From positions 452,944 to 516,943 of the forward strand of contig CAVOVX010000004.1 in the NCBI GenBank assembly GCA_963699965.1: DNA of 64,000 nucleotides, written 5' to 3'. This document shows, piece by piece, positions 27,774 through 37,827 of this stretch; the first letter of the stretch is position 1, and every line of letters starts with the position of its first letter. The notes beneath the pieces are model-generated. The model did no database searches. It had not been told where the DNA came from and worked only from the letters and a program-made list of their open reading frames with translations. Position numbers and translations under genes: made by a program. The stretch is from an uncultured Chloroflexia bacterium. Its GTDB lineage: Bacteria > Chloroflexota > Limnocylindria > Limnocylindrales > CSP1-4.

Positions 27774-29822
27774 CCGGGCCGGCCGCTCCCGTGGGCTGGA
27801 GCGAGGCCGAGCTCGAGACCCTCGCTGTCCTCGCCGAGGCGTTCGTCCCGGGTCAGGCGCCGCGGCGAGCCCTGATGGCGGCCGAGGCGCTCGAGCTCGG
27901 CCTCGACCCCGACCAGGTCCGCCAGCTCCGATTGGCACTCCGTCTGCTCGAGTCGCGCCCGGCGAACCTCGTCCTCGCCGGCCGGCCGGTCCGCCTGAGC
28001 GACCTCGACGCCGCGTCGCTCGACCAGTACCTGCTCGCCTGGGGTCGCTCGCGGCTGGCCCTGCGCCGATCGGCCTTCCAGGCCTTCCGGCGTCTGCTCA
28101 GCTTCCTGGCCTACGCCGACCCTGGCGACGATGGCAACCCGAATCCCCACCTGGAGGCGATCGGCTACGTCCAGGACGACCCAGGGATGACGGCCGACCC
28201 GACGCCGATCGAGCCGCTCCCGCTGCCCGCGCCGGGCGAGGCTGGCGAGCTGCTGGCGCTGGAAGCCGACGTCGTCATCGTTGGATCCGGGGCCGCGGGC
28301 GGGGTGATGGCCCGCGCGCTGGCCGAGGCCGGACGATCGGTCGTCGTCGTCGAAGCCGGCCCGTTCGTGCCCGAGCCCGAGATGCCCCGCTCCGAGCTCG
28401 ACGGCTTCGACCGGCTCTACCTCGACCACGGTCTGACCGCGACCTGGGATGGCTCGGTGTCGATCCTGGCCGGAGCCGGCGTCGGCGGCGGGACCACCAT
28501 CAACTGGATGACGACGATCGCGGCACCCGACGCGGTCCGGGCCGGCTGGGCCCGGGCGCACGGGATCGCGGGCTTCGACGGGGCCGAAGGCGACGCCGAC
28601 TTCGCCGCGCTGTCGACCGAGCTCTCGGCGACCGTCTGCACCGTCCGGCCGCCGAAGGACGATGCCCTCGCCCGCGGCGCCGCGCAGCTCGGCCTCGAGG
28701 CGGGCCCGACCGTGCGCGACGCGGTCGACTGCCGAGCGTGCGGGTCATGCCTGTTCGGCTGCCGGGCGGGAGCCAAGCAGTCCGGACTGCGGGCGCACCT
28801 CGCCGACGCCTACCGGGCGGGCGCCCGGATCCTGGCCGACGCGCGGGTCGAGCGGGTGCTCATCGAAGGCGGCCGGGCGGCCGGCGTGGAGGCGACCATC
28901 GGTTGGCAGGCGCCGTCGGCCCGGGCCATTGCCGCCGGGATCGCTGCGCTCGAGCGCCGGACCGTGGTGGTCCGCGCCCGCCAGGTCGTGCTGGCGGCCG
29001 GGGGGCTGCGCACGCCGGTCATCCTCGAGCGGTCCGGGGTCCGCCACCGGGCGCTCGGGCGGTACCTCCTGCTCCAGCCCGTGTCGGTGCTCGCAGGCAT
29101 TTTCCCGGAGCCGATCGACATGTGGCGCGGGCCGCTGCAGGCGACCCGCTCGCTGGCCTACGTCGATGCGGTCCATGGTCGGAACGGCTACGTCGTCGAA
29201 TCCGCCCCAGGTCATCCCGGGCTGATCGCCCTGGCCCTGCCATGGGAGGGGCAGGGACCGAGCGCGGCGCTCCTGGGCCGGGTCCGGTACGTCGCGCCGT
29301 TCATCGCGATCACCCGCGATGGCGGTACCGGACGGGTCCGGGCGACCCCGTCGGGCGGCGCCCGGATCGACTATCGAGTCGACCGGGTCGGGGTGACCAC
29401 GCTGCGCCACGGACTGCGTGACGATGGCCCGGATCGCCCGAGCCGCCGGTGCCCGCGAGCTCGTCGCCGCCGGGACGCCAGCAGCGTGGCACCGGGTCGC
29501 CGACCACCCGGACGGCGTCGAGCCGCGCGCCTTCGAGGCGTTCGTGGCGCGCCTCGAACGGTTCGACTTCGGACCGAACCGAGGGTCGGTGTTCAGTGCC
29601 CACCAGATGGGGACGGCCCGGTTCGGGGTCGACCCGAGGACGCATGCCTGCGACCCGCACGGACGCGTCCGCACCGACGGCTCGGGCCGATGCGACGGGC
29701 TGATCCCGGGCCTGTACGTCGCCGACACCTCGCTCTTCCCGACCGCTCTCGGGCTGAACCCGATGCTGACCACGATGGCTCTCGCCCGTCGGGTCAGTCG
29801 GACCGTCCTCGGCGAGAGCTGA
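27770..29822 (+). pseudogene. GMC-family FAD oxidoreductase (long-chain alcohol oxidase-like), one frame change near 29415
   Basis: ATG 27770 overlaps the ACAD stop (ATGA). ADVVIVGSGAAGGVMARALAEAG (FAD), GAGVGGGTTINW. The C-terminus is in track ORF 29418..29822: SAHQMGTARFG...LYVADTSLFPTALGLNPMLTTMALA. Confidence 0.8.
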
Positions 29823-29831
29823 GCCCTTGGG

Positions 29832-30888
29832 TCAGCCGGGGGAGATCACCGGAGCGGCCCCGGTCGTCTCGCCCTCGACGGCAGGTTGCGGCTCGTCCGG
29901 GCTGCCGGTCGCGCGGCTCCGGGCGGTCACGATGAGCGCCACGGCGAAGATGATGACCGCGCCGGCCAGCACGGTCCGCGGCTCGATCGCCTCGCCCAGG
30001 AGGATGCCTGCCAGGATGAAGGCGACGACCGGGTTGACGTAGGCGTACGTCGCGATCTTGGGCAGCGGCGCCACCCGGAGGAGCCAGACGTAGGTCGTGA
30101 ACCCGACCAGGCTGCCGATCGTCGTCAGGTAGATGCAGCCCGAGCCAGGAACGCGTCGTGACGGCCGCCACGTCGAACGTCACGAGCTCGCCGAACACGA
30201 TCGAGCCGAGGAGCAGGAGACCCCCGCCGCAGATCATCTGGAGACCGGTCGCGGTCAGCGGTCGACGCGGAAGGATCGCCCGGTGCGACGAGTAGAGCGA
30301 CCCGGAGCCCCAGCACAGCGGCGACAGGAGCAGGACAAGGATCCCGAACGGGTTGAAGGCCAGTCCACCGCTCGTCCCGACCGGGGCGACGAGGATGACG
30401 ACCCCGGCCAGCCCGATCGCGATCCCGGCGATCACCGTGAGCGGCAGCCGCTCGCCGAAGAAGACCCGGCCAAGGACGGCGACCCAGACCGGCAGGAGCG
30501 CAATGAGGATCGCCGCGATCCCGGCCGGGACGGTCGTCTCGCCGACCGCAACCATGCCCATCCCGCCGAAAAGGAGTGCGCCGCCGACGATGGCCGAGTC
30601 GCGCAGCTCTCGTCGGCTCGGGAGCCGCGGCCGCTCATCGAGCGGGACCGAGGGGTCGTTCCGGAGCCGCATGGCAGCGACGGCCTCCCAGCCGAGCAGG
30701 ACGGCTCCGGCTATGAGGAAGCGGGTCGCCGCCATCAGCAGCGGGGGAATCGTCTCCACGCTGACCCGGATCCCGATGTAGGTCGAGCCCCACACGAAGT
30801 AGAGCGTGAGGAGGCCTGCCCAGACGGCGATTGGGCTGGCTGCCGTCCGACGGCGGATCCGGATGTTTGGCTCAGTCGACTGGTCCAA
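29832..30888 (-). pseudogene. EamA/DMT-family transporter, one extra base near 30135
   Basis: Track ORF 29794..30888 (LYFVWGSTYIGIRVSVETIPPLLMAATRFLIAG ...). After TRSWLGL the frame moves to IYLTTIGSLVGFTTYVWLLRVAPLPKIATYAYVNPVVAFILAG (joins track ORF 29832..30074). Confidence 0.8.
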
Positions 30889-30939
30889 GTCGCCAGCATA
30901 GCGGCAGGGACGGCCGGCTGCACGAACCGCCAGGCGCGC

Positions 30940-31752
30940 TCAGGCCGCCGCCGTGGCCGACGCCGGCCGGCACAGCCGGCACCCGCGATAGCCGGCCCGC
31001 TCACCCTCGGCGGCGGAGTGGAAGGTCACCCGGTGCCGGTCCGTCACGCGCCGCGCGGCATGGCACGACGGGAGGCAGTAGATCTTCGTTGTGTCGGAGC
31101 CGATGTAGCGGATCCCGGCCCGGGCGAGCGACTCGAGCTCGTCGGGGTCGAGGCCCTCGGACGACAGGATCGTTCGCTTGTTCCCAGGGCCGCCGAGGGA
31201 GTAGTTGCCGATGAGGCCGTCGCTGCGGACCACGCGGTGGCACGGGACGATGAGCGGGAACGGGTTGTGGCCGAGTGCCGTTCCGACGGCCCGGACGGCT
31301 CTCGGTCGGCCGATCTCGGCGGCGATCCAGCCGTACGGCCGGACTTCGCCGCGCGGGATCTCGAGCGCCTTCGCCCAGACGTCGCGCTCGAAGTCGGTCC
31401 GGCCGCGGAGGTCGAGGGCGATCCGGACCCGCCGGTCGCCGGCGAGCCGGTGCTCGATTGCGGCGGCGAGACGCGGCGGAAGGGCGGCGACCCGATGGGC
31501 CGGCCGGCCCGACCGGGCGACGTGCTCGCGCTCGAACGCGGGGCCATCCGGCGCCTGCTCGACCGCCGACACGCCGAGCCCGTTGAACGCCACGAAGAGC
31601 GGTCCGATCGGCGAGTCGATCGCGGCATAGGCGTCCGCCAGCCCGAGCTCGATGAGGGTCCGCGGTCGGAGCGTCGGCGGGGCGTTCGTCCGGAGCGCAG
31701 CGAGCTGCCCGGCGATGGCTTCGTCGTCCGGAAGCTGGACCGACGTGGTCAT
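30940..31752 (-). CDS. methylated-DNA-protein-cysteine methyltransferase (Ogt/MGMT) fused to a C-terminal Ada-type Cys4 zinc domain
   Basis: Track ORF 30940..31752, intact. DSPIGPLFVA, WAKALEIPRGEVRPYGWIAAEIG, NPFPLIVPCHRVVRSDG (PCHRV active site). C-terminal KIYCLPSCHAARR..(27 aa)..CRLCRP gives C-x3-C...C-x2-C. ATG overlaps the sigma-factor stop. Confidence 0.85.
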   Translation of the reverse strand: MTTSVQLPDDEAIAGQLAALRTNAPPTLRPRTLIELGLADAYAAIDSPIGPLFVAFNGLGVSAVEQAPDGPAFEREHVARSGRPAHRVAALPPRLAAAIEHRLAGDRRVRIALDLRGRTDFERDVWAKALEIPRGEVRPYGWIAAEIGRPRAVRAVGTALGHNPFPLIVPCHRVVRSDGLIGNYSLGGPGNKRTILSSEGLDPDELESLARAGIRYIGSDTTKIYCLPSCHAARRVTDRHRVTFHSAAEGERAGYRGCRLCRPASATAAA

Positions 31753-32402
31753 GACGAGACCTCCTGGAGGCGTGCGGTGGGGAGGGCGTGGGACGAGCCG
31801 GCATCGAATCCGGGGCGGCCGTTGGCTTCGGCCTCGGTTCGCCGTTCGGCATCGATCGTTGCCCGGAGCAGGGCGAGGCCACGATGCACCTGGGCCTTGA
31901 CCGTGCCCTGGGGTCGGTCGAGGGCGATCGCGATGTCGTCGTAGTCGAGGCCGTCGACGTGGCGCAGGACGACCGGCAGCCGGTAGCGCTCAGGCAAGTC
32001 CAGCAGGCGGGCGGCCCAGGTCCGACGAGCCTCGCGCACGGCCAACCGGTCCGGTGGGGTGTCCCGCGTCGCGGCGACCGGGTGGTCGAGCTCGTCGAGG
32101 AACGTCAGCGATGGCTGAGCACCGGCCGGCGCCCGCCGCTTGATCCGGGTGCGGGCGACGTTCGTGACGATCGTCGCCAGCCACGGATCGAGTCGCAGCG
32201 CGCGGATCCGGGTGGCGTCCCACGCGGCGAGCGCCCGATAGGCCCGGATGAACGCGTCCTGGGCAACGTCCTCCGCCTCGGTCGGGTCGCCGAGGATCCG
32301 CAGCGCGATCGAGTAGAGCCGGTCCTGGCGGGCGCGAACGAGCTCGTCGAACGCAAGCTCGAGATCGGCGGCGAGCGCAGCGAGGAGGGTCGGTTCGTCC
32401 AT
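31749..32402 (-). CDS. ECF (group IV) RNA polymerase sigma factor
   Basis: Track ORF 31749..32405 (GTG 32405, ATG 32402). LYSIALRILGDPTEAEDVAQDAFIRAYRAL (region 2). LPERYRLPVVLRHVDGLDYDDIAIALDRPQGTVKAQVHRGL (region 4). Confidence 0.85.
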   Translation of the reverse strand: MDEPTLLAALAADLELAFDELVRARQDRLYSIALRILGDPTEAEDVAQDAFIRAYRALAAWDATRIRALRLDPWLATIVTNVARTRIKRRAPAGAQPSLTFLDELDHPVAATRDTPPDRLAVREARRTWAARLLDLPERYRLPVVLRHVDGLDYDDIAIALDRPQGTVKAQVHRGLALLRATIDAERRTEAEANGRPGFDAGSSHALPTARLQEVSS

Positions 32403-32445
32403 CACCCGTCAATAACACCCATCCACGGCAGCTGGTTGCATCTGG

Positions 32446-32470
32446 CTCGGGCGGAGGCGTCCGCCCCGAG
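32446..32470 (-). terminator. GC hairpin directly after the CPBP gene
   Basis: Plus strand CTCGGGCGGA-GGCG-TCCGCCCCGAG: a 10-bp stem with one bulged base and a tetraloop. Sits 6 nt beyond the CPBP stop codon (32476-32478) and upstream of the sigma promoter-like elements. Confidence 0.5.
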
Positions 32471-32475
32471 CTCGG

Positions 32476-33192
32476 TCAGGCAGCCGGGGCCATCCGGACC
32501 GACACGACCCGTCCGCTCGGTCCGATCGCCTCGATCTCGCCGGTCGGCTGGACGAGGAAGATCCAGACATCCCAGGCGACGTGGCTGACGACGAGCGTCC
32601 CGAGCGGGACTCCCGCAGCGTACAGGGCGGACCAGTGGGCCCCGGCGATCCCGGCGGCCCCGAACAGGGTGAAGTTGCCGGTCGTGACGTGGATGCCGCC
32701 GTAGGCAGCCGCGGCGAGCGCGGCGCCCGGCCACCGTCCGAACCGACGCATCAGCGCGGACTGGACGAGGCCGCGCCAGAACACCTCCTCGGCCGGGCCG
32801 ATGACGAGCGCCAGGCGGGTCGCGATCTCCGCCCGCGGGCGGAGGGTCCGGAGCGCGTAAATGTCGCGGATCTGGGCGTCGCCGCCCGGGACGTAGCGTC
32901 TCGCGAAGCGGTCGCCGGCGGCAAACGTCAGGTACAGCCCGGTGGCCGACAGCAGGCCGGCGATGATCCGCCACGGTCCGATCCCGACCCTGCGCGACGG
33001 GCGGCTGGTCAACAGGGCCCAGCCGCCCAGAACGAGCCCGGTCACCGTCATCCGCTGCCAGAACCGTTCGCGGGGACCGTTGAACGTCGCGCCGAACGCG
33101 ACCGCCGCGGCCCCGAGTCCGACGGCGAGCGGCAGGCGACCCGGCCGGTCCTCGGGCCGCTGGTCCGCCCCGGACCGCTCGGGGTCAGGCAT
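32476..33192 (-). CDS. CPBP-family intramembrane glutamic endopeptidase (CAAX protease/Abi-like)
   Basis: ATG 33192 in frame with track ORF 32476..33234. Multiple TM helices. GPAEEVFWRGLVQ (EExxxR motif), AYGGIHV, SHVAWDVWIF. The start overlaps the upstream gene end by 8 nt. Confidence 0.8.
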   Translation of the reverse strand: MPDPERSGADQRPEDRPGRLPLAVGLGAAAVAFGATFNGPRERFWQRMTVTGLVLGGWALLTSRPSRRVGIGPWRIIAGLLSATGLYLTFAAGDRFARRYVPGGDAQIRDIYALRTLRPRAEIATRLALVIGPAEEVFWRGLVQSALMRRFGRWPGAALAAAAYGGIHVTTGNFTLFGAAGIAGAHWSALYAAGVPLGTLVVSHVAWDVWIFLVQPTGEIEAIGPSGRVVSVRMAPAA

Positions 33193-35215
33193 GCCCGAAC
33201 CCGGACAGGAGGATCCCGGCCACGAGCATGCCACCGAACGCGAAGTGGAGCTGGGCCGTCCGCAGGTCGATCATCGCGATCGCCCGGGCCTGTCCGCTCG
33301 CGCCGAGCTCGGCCGCGCGGATCACCCGGACGAGGTAGGGCAAGGAAGCGATCGCGATCATCGTGGTTGGCGGGATCAGCGAGACGGCCACCGCCAGGCC
33401 GAGGCTGATGTAGGCGGCCAGGACGAGCCCCACGTACGAGTAATGAGCCCATTCCCGGCCGACCCGCGAGGACAGGGTCACGATGCCCGCCCGGGTGTCC
33501 TCGCTGATGTCGCGCCACTCGTTGCCATGGAGAATCGCCGCCACGAGACAGCCGACCGGGATCGACAGGACCAGCGCGGTCACCGACCAGGCACCGGTGA
33601 TCGCGAAGTACGAGCCGACGACCATCAGCGGGCCCATCAGGACGAAGACGAGCGGCACGCCGAGCGCATGGAACTTGTACTGGAACGGCGGGGCCGTGTA
33701 GAAGTAGCCACCGGCCAGGCCGATCAGGCCGAGAACGATGATCGCCGGGCCACGCAGCGCAACCAGGTACAGGCCGATGAGGATCGCCAGCCCGAAGGCC
33801 CCGAAGGCAAGGGCGAACGCTCCACGCTCGGTCAGCCGGCCCTTGACGATGGCGTGGCTGGCGCGCGGGCTGGTGATCGTGTCGATGCCCTGCCGAACGT
33901 CGTAGATCTCGTTGACGATGTTGGTGCCGGAGTGGATGAGCATTCCGCCGAGGAGGGCGGCCACGAACGGGGCCCAGGCGAACAGGCCGTCGACCGCCGC
34001 AAGCGCGGCGCCGGCCAGGACCGGGATCACCGAGGCCGTGTAGGCGAACGGTCGGAGCACCTCCCAGGTTGCCCCGACGCGGCGGCGAACGACCGACCCG
34101 GCGCCGAGCTGACGGTCGTCCGCGAGGCCGACGGCCGTCTCGGGCCGCTCGACTGCGCGGCTCTCGGCCGGTGCCGGCAGGGCGGCGTAGAGCGCGGCCG
34201 CGGCGATCAGCTCATCGACCTGGTGATCCTCCTGGAGGACGGGCTGAAGGAGCGGAAGCCCGAGCCCGGCCTCCGCGTGGAATGCCATGGCCTTGGCCGC
34301 GACATCCTCTCGGGTGCCGCACAGCATGAACGCGTCGAGGAGCTCGTCCGGGATGAGGTTCCCGGCGGTCGTGTAGTCCTCGGCTCGCCAGGCCGCCGCG
34401 ATCCGGTCGCGCAGGTCGGCCTCGAAGCCGGCCCGCCGGAGCGAGACATCCGACAGGACCGACATCATGTAGATGACGAACGGCTCTCGCTTTGCCCGAT
34501 TGAGCGCCTCGCGTCGGGTCTCGTCGACCAGGGAGAGCAGGTAGCCGGCCGTCTCGATATCCGCCGGGTCGCGCCCGGCCTCGGTCGCCGCAGTGCGGAG
34601 TCGCTCGAGGATTCCCCGCAGGGACGGGATCGATTCGGCCGGCCGGGCGAGGTAGCCGTCGGCCTTCTGGCCGGCCAGGGTCACGAACTCGCGCCGGTAG
34701 GCGGCGACGATGAGCGGAATCCGGTGGGTCGGCGGGAACATCGGCTGGATCGGTGGCAGGCCCGCCGTAGCCGACGGCAGTCGCTCGCCCGCCCACAGCG
34801 CGCGCAGCTGGTCCATCGCCTGCGATACGCGCTCCACGGCGGCTTCGGGCTCGTACGGGATGCCCATCTGCTTGAGCCGGAGCGGGAGTCCGGTCCCGAG
34901 GCCCATCACGATCCGTCCGGGGAGGATCTCGTCGAGCGCGGACCCGGTCATCGCCAGGACCACGGGGTGCCGGGTGAACGGGTTGACCGCGCCGAGGGCG
35001 ACCCGGAAGCCGGCCTCGCCATCGTCCTCGCCGTCCGCGGCGAGGGCGCTCGCGACGGCAGTCGAGAAGCTGACGGCATCGCGCTCGAAGTACGAATCGT
35101 GGATCCAGATCGAATCGAGGCCACCGTCCCGGGCCTCGCGCGCCCAGCGAACGACATCCTCCACGTCGCCGCGTGCGGCCAGACCGAGACCGATCGGTCG
35201 AGACAGGGTTCGCAT
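33185..35215 (-). CDS. fusion protein: luciferase-like monooxygenase (LLM) oxidoreductase domain + UbiA/MenA-type polyprenyltransferase domain
   Basis: ATG 35215 preceded by AGGAG, in frame with track ORF 33185..35263. Intact 676 aa. N-terminal DSIWIHDSYFERDAV..GLGTGLPLRLKQMG..AGYLLSLV (LLM). C-terminal TM domain with NIVNEIYDVRQGID (NxxxDxxxGxD) and EWRDISEDTRAGIVTL (second Asp-rich motif). Confidence 0.85.
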   Translation of the reverse strand: MRTLSRPIGLGLAARGDVEDVVRWAREARDGGLDSIWIHDSYFERDAVSFSTAVASALAADGEDDGEAGFRVALGAVNPFTRHPVVLAMTGSALDEILPGRIVMGLGTGLPLRLKQMGIPYEPEAAVERVSQAMDQLRALWAGERLPSATAGLPPIQPMFPPTHRIPLIVAAYRREFVTLAGQKADGYLARPAESIPSLRGILERLRTAATEAGRDPADIETAGYLLSLVDETRREALNRAKREPFVIYMMSVLSDVSLRRAGFEADLRDRIAAAWRAEDYTTAGNLIPDELLDAFMLCGTREDVAAKAMAFHAEAGLGLPLLQPVLQEDHQVDELIAAAALYAALPAPAESRAVERPETAVGLADDRQLGAGSVVRRRVGATWEVLRPFAYTASVIPVLAGAALAAVDGLFAWAPFVAALLGGMLIHSGTNIVNEIYDVRQGIDTITSPRASHAIVKGRLTERGAFALAFGAFGLAILIGLYLVALRGPAIIVLGLIGLAGGYFYTAPPFQYKFHALGVPLVFVLMGPLMVVGSYFAITGAWSVTALVLSIPVGCLVAAILHGNEWRDISEDTRAGIVTLSSRVGREWAHYSYVGLVLAAYISLGLAVAVSLIPPTTMIAIASLPYLVRVIRAAELGASGQARAIAMIDLRTAQLHFAFGGMLVAGILLSGFGHA

Positions 35216-35378
35216 GGGGTGGCTCCTGTGCCGCTTGGGCGAACGGCTCGCGTCATCGTACACCGCACCGGCCTGACTTGCTACCTCGCGGGAGCGTGTT
35301 CCGGGTCACCCGAACGGCCTCAGACTGCGACGAATCGGCAGGCCGATACGGCCCGGGCAGCGTGCGACAATCGCCGCC

Positions 35379-36394
35379 ATGTCGATCGACGATCGCTTCG
35401 ACGAGCTGGCCGCCAGTCTGGGCGGGTTCTACCTGACCTGGGCCACCTACCTCGGGTTGCAGCTCGGGTTGTTCGAGCGGATCCGGGCGGCCGGCCCGAC
35501 CGGGATCGACCCTGCCGAGCTCGCCACGGCGTGTGGCTGCCTGGCCGAGCCGGTCGACGTCTGGGTGCGGCTGGCTCACTCCGTCGAGCTGATCGAGTAC
35601 GACGGCCGGCTGGCGCGCCCGAACGACGAGGTGATGTCGATCCTGCTCGACGACGAGCGCCCGGAATACCTCGGTGGCCAGTTCGTGTCGACGGTCGTCA
35701 GCAGCCTCGACTACGAGCGGATGATCGAGCACTTCCGGACCGGGCGAACGATCCCCGAGCGACCGCCGCGCTTCCACCGGGCGATCGAGGCCGTGACCGC
35801 CCAGGACATCGCCGTCTTCTTCCAGGAGGCCCTCGCGGCGCTGCCCGAGCTGGCGGCCCGGCTGACCGCCGGGGGCCGGGTCCTCGACGTCGCCTGTGGC
35901 GGCGGACGCTGGCTCATCGCCGTCGCTCGTCGGTTCGAGGAGACGACGCTCGTCGGGGTGGAGTACGAGCCGGACTCGGTCGGGCGGGCGATGCGCCGCG
36001 TGTCCGAGGCCGGCCTGGGCGACCGGATCGCGATCGAGAACCGCGACCCGGCGACGATGGCCCTCCCGTCCCGAGTTCGACCTGGTCTACTTCCAGGACG
36101 CGCTGCACGAGCTGCCCGACCCGTCCGGGGGCGTTGCGCTCGGCCTGGTCGACGGTCCGGCCCGGTGGCCAGCTCGTCGTCCTCGATTGGTGCCTGCCGT
36201 CGACCGTCGAGGAGTCACGCTCGCTGCATGGGGCGATGCTGTGGGGGATCCAGCTCGACGAGCTGTACCAGGGCACGCGGATGTGGGATCAGGCCGGCTA
36301 CGTCGACCTGTTCGTCGCCGCCTCGATCCCGTCCCCGACGGTCATCGACCTGCCGTCGGGGGCGACCCTGTTCGTCCTGCCCAGACCGGCCTGA
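35379..36394 (+). pseudogene. class I SAM-dependent (O-methyltransferase-like) methyltransferase, at least two frame changes (about 36065 and 36125)
   Basis: MSIDDRFDELAASLGGFYLTWATYLGLQLGLFERI (winged-helix dimerisation-like N-terminus), GGRVLDVACGGGRWLIAV (motif I), then PEFDLVYFQDALHELPDPSG, then ALRSAWSTVRPGGQLVVLDWCLPSTVEES...FVLPRPA* in other frames. Confidence 0.7.
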
Positions 36395-36407
36395 GCGGTC
36401 GGCGGGC

Positions 36408-36821
36408 CTATCCGCCGACGGTCACCGTTCCCTTCATCGACGAGTGGAAGTTGCAGTGGTAGGTGAACGTGCCGGCCGTGTCGAAGGTGTGCTTGAAGGT
36501 GGCGCCGGCCTTGAGGGTTCCGCTGTCCACCCCGCCGCTGTCGAACGTCACCGTGTGCGAAGCGCCGCCCGTGTTCGTCCAGGTGATCTCCTGACCGACC
36601 TTGGCCGTCAGCGTGGCCGGGTTGAAGTCGAAGTCCTCGATCGAAACCGCGCTCCCGCTGGCTCCGCCTCCTGCGGGCTGGGCCGAACCCGGCGCCGAGG
36701 ACCCGGGGGCGCTGGTGGGCGGAGCCGCGCTCGGCGCCCCCGTCGCAGCACTCGACGAGCAGCCGGCCGCGACCAGGGCCACGATCAGGACGAGGCCGGC
36801 GCCGGTCGCCGATGTCGTCAT
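36408..36821 (-). CDS. cupredoxin (plastocyanin/amicyanin-like) blue-copper lipoprotein
   Basis: ATG 36821, within shadow-extended track ORF 36408..37721. Lipobox VALVAAGC, Ala/Pro/Ser/Gly linker. Copper ligands ASHTVTF ... YHCNFHSSMKG (H...C-x2-H-x3-M). Confidence 0.8.
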   Translation of the reverse strand: MTTSATGAGLVLIVALVAAGCSSSAATGAPSAAPPTSAPGSSAPGSAQPAGGGASGSAVSIEDFDFNPATLTAKVGQEITWTNTGGASHTVTFDSGGVDSGTLKAGATFKHTFDTAGTFTYHCNFHSSMKGTVTVGG

Positions 36822-36962
36822 TTGTCGGCGCAAGATGCACCTCCTCCAGGATCTGACGAAGCGTCGGGTCCGACCTCCGTCGATGGCGGTTACGTCGTCG
36901 ACGCCAGATCGGTTCTCGGCGTCAACGTGCGGCGACGCCCGTCGCGACGATATCGTTCGGCG

Positions 36963-37827
36963 ATGGCCAGCTGGCAGCACCGGTCCGAGCCTCCATGGTA
37001 CGGGGTCGACGATACCCTCCTGCGCCGGCTCGAGATCCACGAGACACGGGTCCACGGAATCGGTGCCGGTCGCGAGCTCGTGGACCTCGGCGACGCCCTC
37101 GGGCTGTTCGACCCGACCGACCCGGACCCCTTTTACAACCGGGTCGGGCGCGATTCGCTGGCCTGACGACCCGGCGGCCTTCGGCGACCGGCTGGCCGAT
37201 GTCATGCGCGTCTTCGACGAGCGCGGGCGCGAGCCGTACGTGTGGCTGGCGCCCGGCTTCCGCCGGCCGATCGACCTGGCCGAGCGCCTGCTGAGTGCGG
37301 GCTTCGTCGAGGTCGGAAGAGGGGCCCTGGTGATGATCCTCGTCGAGGACCCACGGACCCGACCGGCCCGGCCGTTGCCCGCCACGGCGACGATCCAGCG
37401 GCTCGGCGATGATCGGCCGGCCCGCGCGGCGGCCCGATGCCGTCGGCCGCAGCCATGGTGATCGCCGAGGCGTTCGCGATCGCCGCGGATCGACAGGCCG
37501 CGCTCCGGGCCGAGATCGAGGCAGACCTCGGCAACCCGAACGTCGACGTGCGCCTGATCCGAATCGACGACGAGCCGGTCGCCGTCGGCCGCCGACACGA
37601 CGGTGATGGTCTCGGCTACCTGTCGGCGATCGGCGTCCGGCGGGCCTGGCAGGGCCTCGGCCTCGGCGAGGCGATCACCCGGGCGTTGGCCGAGTCGGCA
37701 GCCGGCGCCGGGCTCGAGCACGGTCTACCTCGGTGTCTACGCGGAGAATGCGGCGGCGCTGGCGGTCTACGAGCGGGTCGGGTTCGCGGTGCTCGGCGGT
37801 CCGGCCATGGAGCTGCTCAAGCCGTGA
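36963..37827 (+). pseudogene. GNAT-family N-acetyltransferase (two-domain), at least three frame changes
   Basis: MASWQHRSEPPWYGVDDTLLRRLEIHETR..FDPTDPDPFYNRVG / AIRWPDDPAAFGDRLADVMRVFDERGREPYVWLAPGFRRP.. / AAAMVIAEAFAI...YLSAIGVRRAWQGLGLGEAITRAL / STVYLGVYAENAAALAVYERVGFAVLGGPAMELLKP*. Confidence 0.6.

Noticed and set aside
32942-36394. 1150-aa ORF on the + strand, the longest in the track
   Set aside because: It runs antisense to the intact LLM-UbiA gene for most of its length. Its translation there is Arg/Gly/Asp/Pro-rich with no motifs. Only its last about 90 codons coincide with the true methyltransferase C-terminus. It is a typical GC-driven shadow frame.
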